Source: Balanoglossus misakiensis (taxonomy: Eukaryota; Animalia; Hemichordata). From it: a DNA stretch of 64,000 bases. Position numbers and translations under genes: made by a program. The stretch is from assembly GCA_040954595.2 (NCBI GenBank), contig CM082579.2:13455834-13519833 (forward strand). The letters are read 5' to 3'. Shown here one piece after another: positions 39,994 to 50,730 of this stretch; position 1 is the stretch's first letter; each line of letters opens with the position of its first letter. The notes beneath the pieces are model-generated. The model had not been told where the DNA came from. It did no database searches and saw only the letters and a list, made by a program, of their open reading frames with translations.

Positions 39994-41734
39994 ATGACGG
40001 AGAGAGTTTCTGACACCGCGTCGCGGTCGTCTTCTCGTACTCCTTCGGAAATAGAAGACTCTCAACTGCCTATTCCGGGTCAAGCTTTCCATTCAGCGCA
40101 CTCTGAAGAGCCTGATGTTTGCTAGGGGGTCATCTCAAGATGGCGGCCATGCTTCTGCTAGGGCTTCGCTCGCTTCGAAGCGATCCAAGTTGGATTCATC
40201 AGCTGCTAGGACGGTTGCAGAAACTCCTGTTTTGCCGGTTTCTTCCTTTTTGGATGCAGCAGTTCCGGGTCCGTCTCATTTGGGAGGTGTTTCATCGGCG
40301 CAAACTGTTCAGTCAGGTGTTTGGCCGAATTATGCAGGTATGTCTTCTAGGTATTTTCATACGGTTCCTACCTCCGTCTTGGCTAATCCAGTGCCTTCGA
40401 CGTCCATAGGTAGTGCCGGTAGTGTGTGGGGAGGGCTTCACGGCCCACCCCCTATGTGTGTACCAGACCAATTAGCTTCGGGAGTCGCTCAGGCTGGTGG
40501 GAATTTTCCCCCTCCGGGCTTCCAACAGTCGTGGGGTTTCCCATGGACTTGTCCTCCCTCTAATTTGGCGGCACCACTTCAGTCCACAAGCTGGGGTATG
40601 CCTGCTCAAGCTAATCGGGTCTCTGTGTTGGGCCAAAATCCTGTGCACAGTGGTCACACTGTCCCTGCCCCTCCTATTTCCTCCTTCGATGTTTCACAAT
40701 CGGAGTCAGAGGGGCATGATGAGGACGAAGACAATTTGTCCGATCAAGAGGAAACTAGTCGCGCCAGTCAATGGGCTGACGCGGTTATGCTAGTGTATAA
40801 TACTGTACCCCCTGAGGAATGTCCCCCACCCACTGCTGAAGTGTCGGCAGAACAGCTGACGGCTTCTTTTGAACATGTGTTGGGTAAGGCAGCTGATCTG
40901 GTACACCGAAAGCTACCTTTTATTCCTCGTCTGTCGTCTCTGATAGACACGGTACATGCCGAGATTAACGGCACCAGGGACTTTTGTTACACTGCTAACA
41001 AGAAACCTCGTTGTTACCCTCAAGGGATGTCAAGTCATGTTTTCCCATTGGTGTCTAGACCTCAGGGTAGTCGCGTGTTTGATCTTACACGTGGACCATT
41101 CTACCACTCTGCACCAGCGGTTGATTAATCCGCAAAGCAGTTGGTAAGAAATAAAGAGGTTTTGAGGAATTATGTGATTAGGGCTGAGGATTTTGCCCGC
41201 TTAGAGGCAACTACTCGTCTTTTCGCAAGGATCTCTAATTGCACTTTTCTGTTACTCTCAGCTTTAAGCAGAGAGCTTAAACCCATGCAGGAGGGTGAAT
41301 CTACTCCTCAGATAGCAGAAAATTGGCAGCATGCCAAACTGTTGTTAACTGAAGCTGCTAAGGCTGTGGTTTATCAAGCAGAATTGAATTCTCGTATGGC
41401 AGCGTCTCAAGTGTTGATGACGCGTGACCATCTTATCAGTCATCTTCCTTTGGAAAGGGAGGCAGCTCGTACTGCCCGTCTTCTCCCATGGTCAGGTCCA
41501 TTGGTTTTTAATGGGCAATTTGATGCTGTTCTTAGAACAAATGAGGAGTTGCTTAAGCAGAAGTTGGCTGTAGAACAGTTAGCAGTAGCACAAGCTCAGT
41601 CTTCTGTCTCTGGGTCAAAGTTCACCGGCAAACGGAAGTTTGCTAGGAAGAGACCATTTAACAAGCAAAGGAAGGGTCAGCCCTTTCGTCAGCAGACTAA
41701 GCCCCCCAAAGTGGCTAGCAGCCAGCACAAGTGA
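39994..41734 (+). pseudogene. DIRS gag-like ORF1, disrupted
   Basis: The ATG 39994 frame shifts near 40115. ORFs 40115-41128 and 41141-41734 are in the same frame, separated by one TAA. RDHLISHL...RLLPWSGPLVFNG resembles the DIRS gag C terminus. Confidence 0.7.
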
Positions 41735-43829
41735 CTACACAAGTCAGGACAAAGGGGTAATGGGGTCACAATCTGTGACTATGCCCCAGACACCATTGCC
41801 ACAAGTAGCAGTTGGGGGTCGTCTGAAACATTTTGTCCAGGAATGGCAGAAAATTACAGACGACCAAACAGTCCTCTCTTTAGTTTCGGAAGGGGTTCGT
41901 CTGTTCTTCAGGACGTTTCCACCCCTTTCGTTGTATCCTCCAAGTCATTTGGTATCGCACCCTTCCCCTCCTATGTGGAGGGCCATACAGGGGCTGTTGG
42001 AAAAAGGGGCCATTCAAAAGGTCCCTTTACCAGTTCAGGATACGGGGTTTTTCAGTCGTGTTTTCCTTATTCCAAAGAAATCACAGGGATGGAGACCCAT
42101 TTTGGACCTGAGCGTGCTCAATCAGTACATTATAATCGAGTCTTTCCGTATGGAAACCACTCGAACTATTCGTCAGGCTCTCTCCACGGGAGATTGGGCA
42201 ACGACGATAGACTTGCAGGACGCTTATTTCCACATTCCTATCCATGCTCACTTCCAGAGGTACTTTCGCTTTGCGATAGGGAGCAAACTGTTCCAGTTTG
42301 TGGCTCTTCCGTTCGGTTTGGCCACTGCCCCGGCTATTTTTACACGGGTAGTAGGGGCGTTGATGGCTTTTCTTCATTCCCGAGCAGTACAAGCCAATCC
42401 ATACCTGGACGACTGGTTGCTACACAATTCCAGTTTCCAGTTGACACTGGCAGACACACAAACCACACTACGGGAGACCGTTCGTGTGGGGTTCATTCCG
42501 AGCACAGACAAGTCTTGTCTAATCCCCTCACAGAGGATCCAGTTCATTGGCATGGTCATGGATCTGTCCAAGGGTTTAGTTTTCCCTACGGAGGAAAACC
42601 TGTTGAAATTAGAACAACAAGTGCATCGGATCAGTTCAGAGTCCATGGTCCAAGCAAGCACATTGCTCAGCATCCTGGGTCGCATGAACTTTCTAGCCGA
42701 GGCAATACCTTTAGGCAGACTACATATGACGCCAATTCAACTGTTCCTGTTGGCTCATTGGAGGCCGGTATCCGGTCAGTTGACAGACCTTATTCAGGTA
42801 AAGCCACCTCTAGTTTCACACCTGCAATGGTGGCTAGACAGGGGGAATACTCTCGAGGGAAATCTCCTAGTATCCCCGTTGGCGACGGTGTCACTGTTTG
42901 TGGACGCATCTCTCCAAGGATGGGGTGCACACTTGGGAGACAGGACAATTTCAGGGATATGGTCAGTCGACCAGTCAGTGCGGCACATAAATTGGTTGGA
43001 AATGAAGGCAGTACAGTATGCACTTCTCCACTTTCACCAAGACATTTGCGGCAAGGTGATTCTGATCAGGTCAGACAACACCACAGTAGTCTCATTTATA
43101 AATCACCAGGGCGGCACCAGATCACCCAGCCTGTGTTATCTGGTATGGGACATGCTGAATTGGTGCCAGACGAACAGCATCACGCTGAAAGCACTCCACG
43201 TTCAGGGCACAAGCAACATTCTGGCAGATGCTCTATCACGGGACAAGTTCTATCCACTAGAGTGCGCTCTACGGCAACCGCTAGTAGAGCAGATTTGTCT
43301 GATTTGGGACAGGCCCCACGTAGACCTATTTGCGACAGCCAAGAATCGCAAGTTCCCGATTTACGCGTCACTAAGGTCGGAACCACAAGCACTAGCATGC
43401 GACGCTCTGTCAATCAGCTGGAAGGGAATGTTGGCATATGCATTTCCCCCACTACCGTTGATCTCCAGGGTAATTTCCAAGGTAGCACACGAAGAATGCG
43501 AAATACTTCTAGTTGCACCACTATGGCCAACACGTCCTTGGTTTCCAAGACTACTCCAGTTACTGGTGGACTGTCCACTGACATTACCACAGAATTGCAT
43601 GGAGGAGACTGTTCGGCTGCCTCCGGTAGCACAACACCTTCACCTCCACGCTTGGAGACTGTCAAGCTCAGTTTGCAGGCAAGAGGCTTTTCTGCAGAAG
43701 CTGCCTCGCGCATCGCACAACACCGACGAGCATCCACCACGGCAGCATATGATTCAAAGTGGTGTTCCTTTCGTCATTGGTGTGAGAAAAGGTCGATTGA
43801 TTTTCTCAGACCCACGCCTCCTCAGCTAG
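41640..43829 (+). CDS. DIRS RT - RNase H - DNA N6-adenine methyltransferase-like polyprotein
   Basis: VGGRLKHF, WRPILDLS, IDLQDAYFHIPI, LPFGLATAP, YLDD; FVDAS, HINWLE, SDN, ADALSR; DLFAT, YAFPP, APLWPTRPWF. Confidence 0.95.
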   Translation: MLGRDHLTSKGRVSPFVSRLSPPKWLAASTSDYTSQDKGVMGSQSVTMPQTPLPQVAVGGRLKHFVQEWQKITDDQTVLSLVSEGVRLFFRTFPPLSLYPPSHLVSHPSPPMWRAIQGLLEKGAIQKVPLPVQDTGFFSRVFLIPKKSQGWRPILDLSVLNQYIIIESFRMETTRTIRQALSTGDWATTIDLQDAYFHIPIHAHFQRYFRFAIGSKLFQFVALPFGLATAPAIFTRVVGALMAFLHSRAVQANPYLDDWLLHNSSFQLTLADTQTTLRETVRVGFIPSTDKSCLIPSQRIQFIGMVMDLSKGLVFPTEENLLKLEQQVHRISSESMVQASTLLSILGRMNFLAEAIPLGRLHMTPIQLFLLAHWRPVSGQLTDLIQVKPPLVSHLQWWLDRGNTLEGNLLVSPLATVSLFVDASLQGWGAHLGDRTISGIWSVDQSVRHINWLEMKAVQYALLHFHQDICGKVILIRSDNTTVVSFINHQGGTRSPSLCYLVWDMLNWCQTNSITLKALHVQGTSNILADALSRDKFYPLECALRQPLVEQICLIWDRPHVDLFATAKNRKFPIYASLRSEPQALACDALSISWKGMLAYAFPPLPLISRVISKVAHEECEILLVAPLWPTRPWFPRLLQLLVDCPLTLPQNCMEETVRLPPVAQHLHLHAWRLSSSVCRQEAFLQKLPRASHNTDEHPPRQHMIQSGVPFVIGVRKGRLIFSDPRLLS

Positions 43830-44719
43830 CAGATTTTTTCCTCTACTTGTTTAAGGAGAAAAAGACAGCAGTGAGCACTATTAAGGCGTACCGTTCAGCT
43901 ATAGGTAACACACTTCGATTGTTGGGTGAGGAAGTTACTACCCTGGACGGGTCTATTTCTGCTTTGATTAGTAATTTCTCTTTGGCGCGACCAGTTGTAA
44001 AGTCACTGGTTCCCCAGTGGAGTTTATCTTTGGTTCTACATGCTTTATTAGGAGCTCCATTTGAACCTTTGCAAACAGCAGAGATGAAGTTCTTGACGTA
44101 CAAGACTGTTTTTCTTTTGGCATTAGCTACGGCAGGTCGCCGTAGTGAGCTTCATGCCCTGTCTATGGCTTCAGCTCATATTCGTTGGTCAGCAGACAGT
44201 GTCACTTTGCTTACTGACCCAGCTTTCTTGGCAAAGAATCGGATTGCGGATCTGCCACAATCGCCTCTGGTTATTCCGAAACTGACGAAGTTAGTCGGTC
44301 AGCGTTCAGAGGATAGGTTGCTCTGTCCTATCAGAGCACTGAAGTATTATTTGCAGAGAACAAAAGACAGGAGGGGAGAGCAGACAAGACTGTTTATCTC
44401 CATTAGGGTTACACCCAGTATGTCTATTTCACAGTCGACTATTTCCAGATGGATCGTCGAGACTATTAAGTTTGCTTATTCTAGCCCTTCAGAAGAAGCA
44501 ATTAGCTGGGCTAAGGTGTCAGCTCATGAAGTCAGAGCTCTTGCTGCTTCATGGTCACTTTTTTCAGGGACTTCCATGGCTGATTTATTGTCTGCAGTCC
44601 AGTGGAGATCACAGACTACTTTTTCCTCTGCTTATCTGCGAGATATGGCAGCGGAAGCAGATGGCTTATTTTCCTTGGGTCCTATCTGTGTAGCTCAAAG
44701 AGTAGCTCACAGTAAGTAA
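41843..44719 (+). CDS. DIRS tyrosine recombinase ORF overlapping the RT ORF
   Basis: The C-terminal ~350 aa carry AGRRSELHAL, FLAKN, LCPIRALKYY, HEVRALAAS and QWRSQTTFSSAYLRD. Confidence 0.92.
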   Translation: MAENYRRPNSPLFSFGRGSSVLQDVSTPFVVSSKSFGIAPFPSYVEGHTGAVGKRGHSKGPFTSSGYGVFQSCFPYSKEITGMETHFGPERAQSVHYNRVFPYGNHSNYSSGSLHGRLGNDDRLAGRLFPHSYPCSLPEVLSLCDREQTVPVCGSSVRFGHCPGYFYTGSRGVDGFSSFPSSTSQSIPGRLVATQFQFPVDTGRHTNHTTGDRSCGVHSEHRQVLSNPLTEDPVHWHGHGSVQGFSFPYGGKPVEIRTTSASDQFRVHGPSKHIAQHPGSHELSSRGNTFRQTTYDANSTVPVGSLEAGIRSVDRPYSGKATSSFTPAMVARQGEYSRGKSPSIPVGDGVTVCGRISPRMGCTLGRQDNFRDMVSRPVSAAHKLVGNEGSTVCTSPLSPRHLRQGDSDQVRQHHSSLIYKSPGRHQITQPVLSGMGHAELVPDEQHHAESTPRSGHKQHSGRCSITGQVLSTRVRSTATASRADLSDLGQAPRRPICDSQESQVPDLRVTKVGTTSTSMRRSVNQLEGNVGICISPTTVDLQGNFQGSTRRMRNTSSCTTMANTSLVSKTTPVTGGLSTDITTELHGGDCSAASGSTTPSPPRLETVKLSLQARGFSAEAASRIAQHRRASTTAAYDSKWCSFRHWCEKRSIDFLRPTPPQLADFFLYLFKEKKTAVSTIKAYRSAIGNTLRLLGEEVTTLDGSISALISNFSLARPVVKSLVPQWSLSLVLHALLGAPFEPLQTAEMKFLTYKTVFLLALATAGRRSELHALSMASAHIRWSADSVTLLTDPAFLAKNRIADLPQSPLVIPKLTKLVGQRSEDRLLCPIRALKYYLQRTKDRRGEQTRLFISIRVTPSMSISQSTISRWIVETIKFAYSSPSEEAISWAKVSAHEVRALAASWSLFSGTSMADLLSAVQWRSQTTFSSAYLRDMAAEADGLFSLGPICVAQRVAHSK

Positions 44720-45268
44720 TAGCCTGGTTCTTTCTGTTGGAATTTTGTTTTTTCGGTTCAAGTCCCACCGCCAGTTGTTCCTTGGGACTCTGTAGGCTAT
44801 AGGTTGGATCAAAGGTATGGTATTTATGCCATAGAAACAAAACATTTTTTATTTTCGTTTCTGTTAGTAAATACTTACCTTTGATCCAACCAGATACCCA
44901 CCCGCCTCCCCACACTTGACCTGTGACTGTTTTTCCATTATTCATAAATTTTGGATGGGTCCTCAGTGCGTGGGCAGCATAGTTTCGGCCTGAGCAGTTA
45001 TTTCTCGTGCTGAGCAATACTGAATATTCACGGCTGGACAGGTGGTATATGTACTCGGTGAGTATGACGAAATCAGGGGAAAGTTTTTTATCTCAGCGGT
45101 CGTTAGAGGGCGAGATATATTAGGCTATAGGTTGGATCAAAGGTAAGTATTTACTAACAGAAACGAAAATAGAAAATTTTTTGTTTTTATTCAATATTAT
45201 TCTGGGTGTCACCCATCATTTCTTGTTCAGCTCGGTGAAGCTAGGTAAGCAATGTTGTTATTGTTTAA

Positions 45269-45870
45269 AGCCTCAGTATTTCTCGTAGGGGCAAAATTTT
45301 GTTTGAAACGGCATCTATAATTTCTAAAAGTAGATGATAATTGATACTGAATCGAACAGTCATCATCCCCAGCTCTGCTCATAAACTCATACAATTTACA
45401 ATATAACGAGTGAAGAATGACTTTCTGTCCGGACAGAAAGTCACGTGAGTCAGGCTCCTGTTGACACACGTGACTAGTGCGCATGCGCACTCCAATGTGA
45501 ATCTATGCGGAAGAGGTTTGGTCGCCCCAAATCAAGCGACTCAGCGAAGAAATGCGCACTAATTCGGCGAAATTTTGGGAAGATAACTTTATGGGAGAAA
45601 TCAGTCGATGGAACCAGATCAAATCCGAAAATGGTCTGACCATCAAATGTCAAAGTGGCACGTTTGCTGATCGACGTGTACAACATTTCCGTTGTAAACA
45701 AACCCGCGCATCATTTCAAGTGTTACGGAAAATATTTACAGCTTGCATGTAGCTACAGTTGCCCAAACCTTTCTTCTATCTTCATTATGTAGTATTCCAT
45801 GATGAATGTACAGGAAAAACGGGCATTTTTCGATGATGAAAAATGGATACACACGAGAAATACTGGGGCT
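45269..45870. mobile_element. Kolobok-like MITE
   Basis: TTAA-AGCCTCAGTATTTCTCGT...ACGAGAAATACTGGGGCT-TTAA. Empty site TGTTTAAACATTG at ~35297 and ~30974. Confidence 0.88.
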
Positions 45871-47800
45871 TTAAACATTGTATTCAAGCCTGGGTCTGGA
45901 CTTGGATGCAATTTGTCAATAATAACAGTGATTGGTAACTGCATGTTTTCATAACTGGCTATCTGTTAAAGAGACCAGATGTTCTTTTTGCTGTGTGTAC
46001 AGTACACATGCCATTGGCAGCTTATGGCTTAGTCAGTGTTTGCCTGTTGATTTCTCTATGTGTGTGTGTCAGTCTGTCTGTATATGTACTCCGGTGTAGA
46101 CTTTTTTATTGTGTTATCCCTGAATGGGACCACTGTGTCCTTAACGCGATGTTTTACACTCAGCAGCGATATTTTGTCTAACACGAGCAAAAATATCCCC
46201 AACTCGTCTGAGAAATCTTATACCAGGTCCTAAGGTTGTGAGATTTATGGAATCTCACACTCCCAAGACTTGGGATCATATTTCTCACATGTGTTGAGGA
46301 TTTTATGTCCCAAACAAGCTGCAGGCGAGTGTTGGACAAAATATCCCTGACGAGTGTGAGAAATATGATCCCAGGTCCTTCATGTATGAGATTATATTTC
46401 TCATACGGCCACAAATTAGCCAAATTTATCTGAAAACATTGAATAAATGACTCTTGAACTGTCATCTGGCATGTTGTAGTTTCTGTATCGCGTCATAGGA
46501 TAACATTTAACACACGTTATTAAAGAACACTTTGTCATCCAATCAGCGATCGCGTCATATAAAGCTTTCGATTCAGTGAGAATGTGGGATTGATTTGTTC
46601 TCACACTCTGATCCCACACTCTCAGCATGCCAGGAGTGTGAGAATCTATTTAGATCTACGAGTTTGAAATCTTAGGTGAAGAGTTTATCAATTTCACTGC
46701 CAACCCTGTAGGGCATTCTGGGATATGTGTTCATGCCAAAGCACAAACAGTTATGACCTGACAGCTCAGTTTGTAAATCATTTCTACAAATCCACAAAGA
46801 GACTCAAAGTTTAGAAAAGTTGTGTCTGTTAGAAATATTAGAAATATTACTGTTAATACTTAATTTCAAAGCCATGTGAATTTGTTCACTTTAGGGAAAT
46901 TTTTAAAGGAAGGGAGGATTGGTATTGACTTGAATAATTACAATGGATGTTTTTGTTCTCTATTTTCAGATGTGAATAATGAGTGTTCAGATTCTGTTTG
47001 TGCTGGAGGGTGTCTCAATGCAGAGGGTGGATTCAGCTGTAATTGTGGTGATGATGGTTTCTCTCTGAGTGCAGATCATGTCAATTGTTTAGGTAAGTTT
47101 TTTTTGAGTGGGGAGGGGATAGACCAACAATTGCTTTGCATTTCCTGCCTCAAAAGGGCGCTTACACAAGTTGTAAGTGGCAAAGATTACAGCGAGTCAC
47201 CATGTAAAAAAAATAATAAATAAAAGTTATCAGGCACTTTCCAAAGTTACACATTTAGAAAAAAATGAGTTTGTTGTCTCGTGTGTGATATTTTTGGCTA
47301 ACAAAACACTAGCGTCTAATGTGGTTACTACATTGTTTGTTTATCAGTATACAGTACTGGTACAGATAAACATATGATATGACCAAGTTATATGCCAGAT
47401 GATATTTATCAAGTTTCACACAATTTTGCTCTCTTGTCGTATATTTTTTTCAAAGCCAACTGTACATGTAATTCAGATGTATTCATTCAAACACAATTTA
47501 TCATATTTGTGTTTTCCCCACAGATGACAATGAGTGCGATCAAGCTGGTTGGTCACCGTGCCAACAAGTATGTTACAACACACCAGCCAGTTACCAGTGT
47601 GGTTGTAGACCAGGATTTAAGTTGCACAGAAATCAACATACATGTGTTGGTGAGTATCTACAATTTGGAGAGAAAGTAAGATGTATGTGTTTGTACTATG
47701 TAAGTGTCTAATACATGTACATGTATATGTGACACTGAAATCATACATTGTACAGTCAGTCATTGGTAAATGTCTGCTATTCATGACACAAATCAACATA

Positions 47801-47986
47801 CAGTCAAACCTGTCTGAGTGGCCACCTCTATGAAACAGCCACATATATATAGTGGCCACTTTATTCTGGTCCCTGTGTAATTTACATCCGCTTTAATTGA
47901 CTTTTCTACCAGGTATAATGGCCACCTGTCTATAAAGGCCAGTTTAGGAAAGTCCCTTCACTAGCCATAATGGGCAGGTTTGACTG
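47801..47986. mobile_element. pogo/Tc1-like MITE (copy 52532-52717; partial relatives at ~12599, ~27223, ~32055, ~36375)
   Basis: TA-CAGTCAAACCTG...CAGGTTTGACTG with GGCCACCT internal repeats. Confidence 0.7.
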
Positions 47987-50279
47987 CACTTGTGTTAATT
48001 TCTGTCTGTTATACATGTAACAGAACACTTCATGAATCATGACATTATAGGCGTTTTCATAAAGAGGGCACACTTCCAAAATAAGGTGTCATCTCCAAGC
48101 AGACAATGTGAAAAAGGAGGCCAGTAGGTTACAGAGTACTGCTTGAGCTCATCTAGTTTGTTGTATACATGATACAAGTTGCGTGTAAAACTGACCTTAC
48201 AATAAAATGTGGCTGTCGAAAGTCAGTCCCAACTATAGTGTTGATACACAAGACAATTGAGTTTTTACTCTGGCCTCGTGTTCGCGTCTTGGAAGGGTAA
48301 CATGACTGCATAGCAATGTTTTATTACAATTTGATACATAGAGAAATGGACTACTGTGACAGTATTGACTCTGGGAACTATGTAAATGATTCCCAGCCTC
48401 AAAATTCTGACTGTCTACAATTATATTTTTTAGCATTTTTGTTGTGTATATCAACTGCACTTTCAAGTACAGTCAAACCCGTCTAACACCAAAGGGACTG
48501 AAGAAATTATTCAGATTGCAGGTGTCCAATTTAAATTTTCTCTCCTGTCACAAAAATTTCATGGGAATTCTAATTCTAAAAGGAAAACTCATTTGATAAA
48601 AGATCTCAAAGTCAAGTTTTGGATGTGGCTCCAGTTCAAGTATTGTATGTGATTAATTTTCTGGAGCTCAAGTCTGTATACTTAAAGTAGAGTTGGTCAC
48701 ATGGACTTGGGTAATCTGAGTGTGGTCAGAAATTGAACTTACACACATTGATTGAGTTAAGAACATGTCTGGTGTATTACTGTAATATGACTAGATACTG
48801 CAAATGCATTAACTATAAGCGTTTGTTAAAATATGCAGTTTTCATCGACATATCTGATTCACAAAATTAAATACACATGTTCATTAAAACCCACTATGAT
48901 AGAGCGCCCCCACTGTTCAGAATGTCAATGTTGAAGTCCTACATCTATGACGTCATGCCTAGCTGTCAATGTTAACTGATATGTACTTGTACTACTAGTA
49001 AATGGAAGTACTTTAAAGTAAAGCTCAGATGCAAGGGTTTTGTAAAATAAATATAATATTAAAACGTTGCCATCATTTTAGTCCTTTGGAACAGCGGTCC
49101 AATTGACTAATGTGATCACTCTGTGTGCGGCATATGGCATATTAAGCATTTAGCATTTTTCAATCAGAAGCCGTTAATCCTGTGATTAATTCTGCTTCTT
49201 GCAACATTGATTTTAAATCACCACACATGAATATTTTTGTCCAAAGGACTGTGGTGCCCAAGTTTTTATGATGAGATAATCAAACAGTGAAATTCACTGA
49301 AGAAGTGTGTGAGCACTTGCCCTATCATTGTTCAATGAAAGGTGACCACCAAACTCAGCAAGACGCCTTGAGCATACCAACAACAACCAATGTATTGAAA
49401 ATACTTTCTGAAACCTTTCAGTCGATGTTGCTTGATGTATATTGTATGACTGGACTCGATCATTAGGTTTTTTTGCATTGACATTTTCAACAGCGTATCA
49501 AACTATTTTTTATTTGAGTTCATCATCGTAGTGATGGTACGTGCCATGCTTTTGTTTCTTCGTGTGTGAAGTGACATCATTGTTGACAGTTACAATCTGA
49601 TCAGGTGACATGCCACATTGGTATATTTTGTCAACATCAACAGTATTGTTTTAATGTGGTTGACTGACATCACTTGGGGTTGGATAAAGTGCTTTCTGAG
49701 CAATATTATAACAGCAGCTATCAAGAATGTAAAAAATATTGAAAACAGGCCATATCCTTAGCATTCCCTTTCATATTGTGTCTGCATTGCAATTGGTGAT
49801 GTACAAAGTCCTTTTGACAACATGCATGGCTGGTTTGTTGTTGTTTTTTGTAAGAAACAAGTCTTTGATTTCCTGACTGCTAATTGCTGTCTTTGTACTA
49901 CACTTCTAGTAATATCTCCATTTCTAGCTTTGCACCTCACATTTAATAAATAGACTTGTGGATGTTTTGACACTTCTTGACAATGAAAGTGTATGGTTGC
50001 AGTGATCAAATGATACACAAATCAAAGGAACAAAGAGTGACTTTTCATTCTTTTGAGAACCTTGCATTCTTATATTTAAATGCTTGCCCACTGGCCCTAG
50101 GTGTAAAATTGCAAAATTTTATCCATTTACTATATTAAAAAAATATTGTGCCAAAGAGTTGGAAGTCCAAATATCTTTACTTAATAATTTAATACTTTAA
50201 TAATTACTCACAGTTTCCCTTAAGGTTTGGCCAACCTCTGGTGAAAGGATGACTTGTGATATAGTGTTTTAAATTGGAA

Positions 50280-50730
50280 TATAATATGAGGTTATTACGA
50301 AAATACCGCAAAGTATGCACAAGGACATTAGCGCCAAGTATCTCCCGACGCGTAGCGGAGGGTGATGCGCTGCGCTAATGTCCGAGTGCATACTTTGCGG
50401 TATTTTTGTAATAACCTTATTATTATACATCTTACATCTCCGTTAGTTCTTGTGTTGCATGTTACTTGGCTTTTAAAACGCCCAAAATGCCGATACAATC
50501 GATCGTAAACCGCTCAGCTGAAACAGTGAGCAGCCTTCTTTCTTTTTTGTTTACGTGCGTTGGAGCGGGGGTGTCTTGAAACCGTCTGCATAACAACACA
50601 TACCTGTACAAAGTGAGTTGGGGTGCCTTGAAACTTGGGGCGTATTTAACACGCGTTACGTATGTACTATTCCGTACAGCTTTTTTAGTGCACGCTAAAT
50701 TCTACTGTTCTCGGTGCCAGATGTATAATA
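50280..50730. mobile_element. Non-autonomous Crypton-like element, 451 bp
   Basis: TATAATA direct repeats at both ends, ~140-bp hairpin with a CGC-GTA-GCG apex. Internal TATTATACATCT (50421-50432) is inverted to the right end AGATGTATAATA. Confidence 0.75.

Larger units (their letters stand above)
39542..45186 (+). mobile_element. DIRS1-type tyrosine-recombinase retrotransposon, full length
   Basis: Inverted terminal repeats (~39560-39691 and ~45016-45145), internal complementary region 44793-44891 matching both termini, TTT at both ends. Empty site GAATTTTTATTC at ~35216. Confidence 0.96.

Noticed and set aside
42081-45017. Short antisense ORFs within the DIRS (similar ones in Ngaro and the LINE)
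   Set aside because: These are shadow ORFs of coding sequence, with no motifs.
48420-50270. Unique intronic-looking region with short ORFs
   Set aside because: No recognisable domain, exon or repeat structure.
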